Below the pieces are notes generated by a model, which saw only the letters and a list, made by a program, of their open reading frames with translations, did no database searches and was not told the origin of the DNA. 64,000 nucleotides of DNA from a virus, in the IMG/VR virus record IMGVR_UViG_3300021185_002806; one strand, written 5' to 3'. The first letter of the stretch is position 1. The number at the start of each line of letters is the position of its first letter. Below are positions 59,069 through 64,000 of this stretch, piece after piece. Position numbers and translations under genes: made by a program.

Positions 59069-60000
59069 TTAGTGCAAACCGTTAGGAACGATTATATAGT
59101 GAATAGATAAAACTACACCAACACTTGCACCTAAGCCAATCATCATCTTTATGAAGTCTTTGGTCACAAGAGGGAAAACAGTTTTAAACTTTTCTTTACC
59201 AGTAATTGTTGCCATAGCAAGTTCACGACCACAATTGGTATATCATTCAGTTCCTTGAAGAACCAAAGAATTAGAAAATATACACAATCAATTATTGTAG
59301 CACTTCTTACATAACGTGTATTATGTTTTTCAATTACGATGTTTTGTATTTTACCACCACCAGTATAAAATATATAACCTAAGCCAAATACAAATACTGC
59401 ACTTACCATTACCATTAAATCAAATGGGATTTGTCTTGGTAAGAATACGGCAATGTTTGCCATATCATGTGATAACCAAGTGAACCATAAAAAGCCAGTT
59501 GTTATCCACTGACCTACTCGCCAATACATTTTATGATTTTCAGCGACTGGTTTTGCTTCGTCAAGTATTTTAGTAACACCAATCCAGATTACATATGCCG
59601 CCACAGCCGCAACTGCATAACCCATCATTGATTTGACTAGCATCTTCTCTAATATAAATGTACTAGCAAATGCACTTAACACTAAGAAACTTGTACTTAC
59701 TGGTACACCTATTCTTGTTAATATCAATAGTAAGCCTGGTGCGGCGGCATGATACCATTGAATCTCTTGAAATGGAATTTTGTTTAATCGTCCGTAACTA
59801 ATATCTCCACCATTAGTTGTCCAACCATACCACAAAGTATAAAGCAGTACCGCACTTGCGGCTCCCCACATTATCTTCCAATTAAATTTTTCGTTATTTG
59901 ATGCAATCCAAGTACCAAGAGTTTGTACTGAATCGTTTGCTATTACTGAATATGCGGCAAATAGAAAACCTATTGCCATCCATAGGGTGAGTGCATCCAT
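59069..60000 (-). pseudogene. PiT-like phosphate/anion permease with internal frameshifting deletion
   Basis: IANDS..LG / SHDMAN and GVPVSTS PiT-like signatures; likely true C-terminus CGRELAM...PNGLH lies in another frame (59233-59069). Confidence 0.75.
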
Positions 60001-60169
60001 TTTTTATCTCCTTCTGCTTAACGTCTTTACCACGTTGCTCACATAATTAGACCAGGCTCGATTGATGCCTGGTTGTAACCTTATTGTTACTTTCATATTT
60101 ATGAATGTAACACAAAAAAGATATTAAATCAATACACTTTTTAATTGAGTTGTTGATAAGTTGGGGAAA

Positions 60170-60235
60170 TAAAAAAGAGACAGTCAGCAATATAAAATGA
60201 AAGTGAGTAAAATATGGTTTGCCAACCGTCTCTTA
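60170..60235 (-). ncRNA. terminator-like hairpin with 28-nt anti-RBS loop (candidate sRNA)
   Basis: 14-bp stem gagacggttggcaa/ttgctgactgtctc with G-U pairs, followed by a U-tract. Confidence 0.55.
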
Positions 60236-60268
60236 ATTTTTGATTACTTGGTATTGTAATCAGAAAAT

Positions 60269-60485
60269 ATAAGCAAAGTAGGAGGGACTTGGTTACACCC
60301 CCAACCCCTCGACACAGATACCATTCTGAATCCAGGGAACCTAGTTCCGTTCGGTAGAACGATGTGACTCTTAGCCTCTCAGCTTTGAACCTGGGTACCA
60401 CCCCTAACTAGTCAAGTTCGACCGTCTGGTAACAGCCTCTTCCTTGCACTACAATCATTGAGTCGCTAAACTCTCTGATGCTTAT
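60269..60485 (-). ncRNA. unidentified highly structured ncRNA (217 nt)
   Basis: GC-rich island; terminal stem AUAAGCA/UGCUUAU; many helices; dedicated promoter at 60492-60520. Confidence 0.8.
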
Positions 60486-60491
60486 GTTATT

Positions 60492-60520
60492 AATATAGCA
60501 TAATGATTCGGTATTGTCAA
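60492..60520 (-). promoter_or_regulatory. sigma70-like promoter of the 217-nt RNA, with TGATTCG motif
   Basis: TTGACA(60515-20)-N17-TATATT(60492-97); TGATTCG at 60504-10. Confidence 0.88.
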
Positions 60521-60528
60521 CAACTTTT

Positions 60529-61251
60529 TTAATTTTTTTTAATATAAATTAAATCAGCCCAATCTGTACGACCATTCATTGGGTTTTTACTAACATGTGC
60601 GATATCGAATAATTCAAAACCCAAGGGAATCAGGGTTTTTTCTATATCATAAAAACTACACTGCTTTTCATATAAGTCATAAAATGATAATTCAGTAAGA
60701 ACGATTCGGGTATTCTTTAGTGTTTCAATTCCATTTTCTAATATCTCTGGTTCGGCTCCCTGAGCATCCATTTTAATCATATCTATGTAATCTATATTAT
60801 TTTCACTTGTAAATTTATCTAACGTTATAACTGGAAATTGTATAGTTTCAGATTCTAAGAAATTCTTATGGGCTTTCTCTGGTTTATTGATAGCAATACT
60901 ATCCTTGCTGTCTGCATTTAATTTATAAAATCCACTGAGCATAGGCTGGTGTTTATTAATATTAAAATCTTGCCAACCATTTGTTGAACCAATTGCTGTA
61001 TTATATACATGAACGCCGGGTAATCTACCTTTTGTTAAGTATAATTGTTGATATGCATCTGGTAAAGGCTCTATAGAATGTATTACTGCATGTTCCCATA
61101 TAGTCTTTAACTTATCTACTGTTTGTCCTATATTTGCACCAATGTCTAATATTATGGGAGTATCAGTTCCAACTAAGTTTTGCAAAACTTTGTTTTTATC
61201 AAACTTAGAAAGATAATCTTTTGTTCGTTGATTACTATTTTTATACTTCAT
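60529..61251 (-). CDS. FkbM-family methyltransferase
   Basis: LDIGANIG, IEP, TLD, KMDAQGAE. Confidence 0.92.
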   Translation of the reverse strand: MKYKNSNQRTKDYLSKFDKNKVLQNLVGTDTPIILDIGANIGQTVDKLKTIWEHAVIHSIEPLPDAYQQLYLTKGRLPGVHVYNTAIGSTNGWQDFNINKHQPMLSGFYKLNADSKDSIAINKPEKAHKNFLESETIQFPVITLDKFTSENNIDYIDMIKMDAQGAEPEILENGIETLKNTRIVLTELSFYDLYEKQCSFYDIEKTLIPLGFELFDIAHVSKNPMNGRTDWADLIYIKKN

Positions 61252-61790
61252 ACGATTACTGTCCTATCTCTCCAGGTTTCATCACAATAGTTTACAATAA
61301 TACTTACTCTGTTGTTTAGCAAAGGCTTCAATCCATGTAGTTCTGTTCCAGTATTTGCAAAGAACCAACCAGAATTCTTTCTAGCAGGAGTATTTGTTTT
61401 CATGAAACTTGTACTTGTGTCTGTGTCTGATAGGTATATCTGTAAAGTAAATAGTTTTGCTTTATCATCAAAATGATTATGTAACCAACTTCCTTTTGCA
61501 TCTTTGCATAGTTCGATTCGTGTGCCTAAATTTGTAAAGTCTTTTTCACAAATTTCACTAAACTTTTCTTTCATAAGTCTACTGTCAAAATATTCACAAA
61601 CTTCTAGGAAAGACGAATGACTTGACTGGTTCATCCAGTTTCTCTTGCCCGTCTTGTCTGTACGTTTGCCTTCCATTGGAATAAATGGCAAATCATTAGA
61701 CTGTTTTAATACTGCATCCTCAAGACCTAATTTGAATACATCTTCCACTACCCAAACAGGATAACCATAATCTTTTTTAGTTATTATCAT
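61248..61790 (-). CDS. 2OG-Fe(II) oxygenase
   Basis: HFD...QIYL...HG...RVS. Confidence 0.8.
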   Translation of the reverse strand: MIITKKDYGYPVWVVEDVFKLGLEDAVLKQSNDLPFIPMEGKRTDKTGKRNWMNQSSHSSFLEVCEYFDSRLMKEKFSEICEKDFTNLGTRIELCKDAKGSWLHNHFDDKAKLFTLQIYLSDTDTSTSFMKTNTPARKNSGWFFANTGTELHGLKPLLNNRVSIIVNYCDETWRDRTVIV

Positions 61791-62734
61791 AATACTAACT
61801 CCCAAAATCCATTATTATTTCTGAGTACTGTGCTACCGTTTACTTTTACTTCATTGCCTACCTTTTCATAACAACGAGGTGGCATATAAGTAGTAGGTTT
61901 AGCTAAGTTTACTGTTATAGCGGCTCCCTGTACTTCTCTATATTTAGCCCTTGTATTTTTAGGAGATAATGTTCTAGTGACTGAGCGTGGACTAAAATCA
62001 TCATTACCTGTATAGCCCAGTGATAATTTTCTCCCTGTAACATCAAATTTATGTAAATGCATTTCATCAACCATTGGATAAAATGATTTTATATAACCAT
62101 TTGAATAATCTGTTATGATTGCGTTTACTTTGCCTTCATATACATTTGCTAATTGCATTCTTGTGTTACCAGGATGTAATTGCCATCTGCCACGTACTGT
62201 TAAATGACTAAAACATTCTTGTTGCATTTGTTCTATATGGGCTTTCCATCTTGTTTTTGCAATGCCGGTATTAAATGTAGGTTCAAATTGAGTTATGGGT
62301 CTTGTAGGTTTCTGTTCCGCCACTATACCGGGCATATACCAATCAGGAAACCAAACTAAATTTAAAGGGTCATATATTTTTTGGCCATTTCTTAATTCTT
62401 CTAATATGTGATAAAACGCATTTGGTTTGGTTAACAAATCATCACGTGAATGTTCAGTGTTAAGCCAATCTTCATTGCTCCAAACTTTATTACTATTAGA
62501 AAATAATTCATCTATTACATGTACAATACTGCCATGTATATTACGGCGAATGCCATCATCATCAAATCCAAAAAGATTTATCCATATATCTTTTATTGTG
62601 CCTCGATATATCCAGGTCTTTTGCCCTGACTCTGCATCTGCACGTTTAGTTACAGTTAGATAATGTTCGTATGAAGTTAGGTGTCTGTGGGACCAATTAG
62701 GTGCTTCTTTCCAAAGACTTTCGTTATCAGTCAT
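61787..62734 (-). CDS. hypothetical protein
   Basis: Long coupled ORF with HPG.TR motif. Confidence 0.7.
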   Translation of the reverse strand: MTDNESLWKEAPNWSHRHLTSYEHYLTVTKRADAESGQKTWIYRGTIKDIWINLFGFDDDGIRRNIHGSIVHVIDELFSNSNKVWSNEDWLNTEHSRDDLLTKPNAFYHILEELRNGQKIYDPLNLVWFPDWYMPGIVAEQKPTRPITQFEPTFNTGIAKTRWKAHIEQMQQECFSHLTVRGRWQLHPGNTRMQLANVYEGKVNAIITDYSNGYIKSFYPMVDEMHLHKFDVTGRKLSLGYTGNDDFSPRSVTRTLSPKNTRAKYREVQGAAITVNLAKPTTYMPPRCYEKVGNEVKVNGSTVLRNNNGFWELVL

Positions 62735-63065
62735 AATCGTCTAACAACTTTGTCTTATCTCCTGTATATCCCATTGCAGGGTTTAGTGAGTCTGCATCTG
62801 GAAGAGGGTCTTCTCTCTCTGTAATGACAGGCCATTGCTGTGACCATTTCTCATTTATATCATACAACCGTTGCGTGAACAATGGCGATGTATCTGGAAT
62901 GATTGCATCTGCTGGACACTCTGGTTCGCACACACCACAGTCAATGCATTCGTCTGGGTTAATTACTAACATATCTTCGCCAACGTAAAAACAATCTACT
63001 GGGCAAACTTCAACACAATCAGTATATTTACATTTAATACAATTCTCGTTTACTACGTATGCCAT
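62727..63065 (-). CDS. fdxA: 7Fe ferredoxin
   Basis: [18 protein letters not shown]...[12 protein letters not shown]. Confidence 0.95.
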   Translation of the reverse strand: MAYVVNENCIKCKYTDCVEVCPVDCFYVGEDMLVINPDECIDCGVCEPECPADAIIPDTSPLFTQRLYDINEKWSQQWPVITEREDPLPDADSLNPAMGYTGDKTKLLDDYD

Positions 63066-63094
63066 ATATTTTCTTTATTAACCCCAAATTAAAA

Positions 63095-63355
63095 TATGAC
63101 TTTTCTGTTGCCAGGTAAGCCATCAACCCCTACGTGCTTAAAACTAAGCCGCTAATGCCATTTCTGGCTCATAATTTGCGTTTGCAATTATAGTTTTTGA
63201 CCAATAACGCAGTCATCCGGTAAACTCCACTTCACTTTCGCACCTGTCGATCCTAGTTCAGCCCCATCATAAAAACATTCAGTAAATGTGCTTATGGTGG
63301 AGCTGTGGGGTACTGCCCCCCAGTCCAGAATACGTCTACGTTGCTTCAACGTCTA
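63095..63355 (-). ncRNA. ssrA: circularly permuted (two-piece) tmRNA, alphaproteobacterial type; tag ANANYEPEMALAA
   Basis: Acceptor piece ...GGGGCAGUACCCCACAGCUCCACCA ends at 63295; 29-nt intervening segment; coding piece starts GGGGCUGAA...GAUCGAC at 63265; G3-U70 pair; tag ORF 63185-63144. Confidence 0.95.
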
Positions 63356-63400
63356 CAATATTATTTATACACGATAAACGTATATAAGTCAATACATTAA

Positions 63401-63757
63401 TTAAAATGTAATTGATGTTCCGATTACTGATTCAGTTCTTTCGAATGAATCGTTCAAATCATTTTTAAGATAAATTGTTACATTATCTTGTAGCGGGAAT
63501 GAAAAGTTTAACATTTGCTTGTTCAAATCTAAAAAATCTTTTCCATCAGCATCGATGTCCCATTTTGCACCGTAAGATGCAGTGATACCAAATAGTGGTT
63601 TTGCTACTGAAAACTCACCGTTTTGTGTATTTGCCTCAATCGCTCTTTCAAGTGATAGAGAAAACGTCATATCGTCTGATACAGACGTTCCTTCAGCCAT
63701 CGCTGATGTTGTAAATAAGGCCGCAACTAGCAGACCTGTTAGTGTTACTTTTTTCAT
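63401..63757 (-). CDS. exported beta-strand-rich protein ending in Phe (outer-membrane protein-like)
   Basis: Signal peptide, C-terminal SITF, promoter TTGACA-N17-TATAAT at 63809-37. Confidence 0.65.
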   Translation of the reverse strand: MKKVTLTGLLVAALFTTSAMAEGTSVSDDMTFSLSLERAIEANTQNGEFSVAKPLFGITASYGAKWDIDADGKDFLDLNKQMLNFSFPLQDNVTIYLKNDLNDSFERTESVIGTSITF

Positions 63758-64000
63758 AAGTAGTCCTCCTTAAAAAAAATGCTACCCAACTCGGGTAACA
63801 TAAGTTGTATTATAGCACAAGTAAATTCCAGTGTCAACTACCCAAAGAAGAAAAAATGAAAATAACCATCATTTTTCAACCAAGTAATTAAGGCACTCAT
63901 TATCCCGCAAGCCATAATGTACAAGACAGTTTTCACTGTCCAATGTTGTCTTCCTGACCATCTTTTAACTTTGTTATCAGACCTACTTGCTTTATCCATA

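Noticed and set aside
60141-60401. 86-aa ORF
   Set aside because: No SD, atypical composition, and it overlaps the structured RNA and its terminator
60269-60485. RNase P RNA
   Set aside because: Lacks the GAGGAAAGUCC and ACAGAA-CCCGGCUUA P4 landmarks in the proper order; only fragments resemble them

Overview
AT-rich (roughly one-third GC) 64-kb segment of a large T4-like/jumbo bacteriophage genome, most likely marine and infecting an Alphaproteobacterium. Host evidence is an alpha-type two-piece tmRNA, GANTC-containing promoters, an alpha-like FdxA and a ROSE-like thermometer. Genes are densely packed and mostly on the minus strand, driven by sigma70-like early promoters (TTGACA-N16/17-TATAnT) and T4-like late promoters (G/C/A-ATAAATA). 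The window holds 6 tRNAs, DNA ligase, UvsE, a DnaE fragment, a lysis module and candidate head-packaged polyproteins. Host-derived genes include putA, guaC, fpr, grx, sufE, fdxA, acpS, mtnN, greA, groES, hsp20, clpS, clpX, infC, rpsU and tctA/tctC. Highlights: (1) a permuted tmRNA with tag ANANYEPEMALAA, alongside ClpX, ClpS and a Bpt/ATE-like transferase, suggesting a phage tag-and-destroy proteolysis system; (2) an unidentified, highly structured 217-nt RNA with its own promoter, plus several sRNA-like elements; (3) early promoters carrying the GcrA/CcrM methylation motif YGAKTCG at a fixed register; (4) an amidinotransferase/sulfation/hydroxylase/TTT-transporter cluster; (5) two genes broken by small indels (a 20-nt tandem duplication and a short deletion). 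All calls come from motif recognition by eye; no database searches were run.
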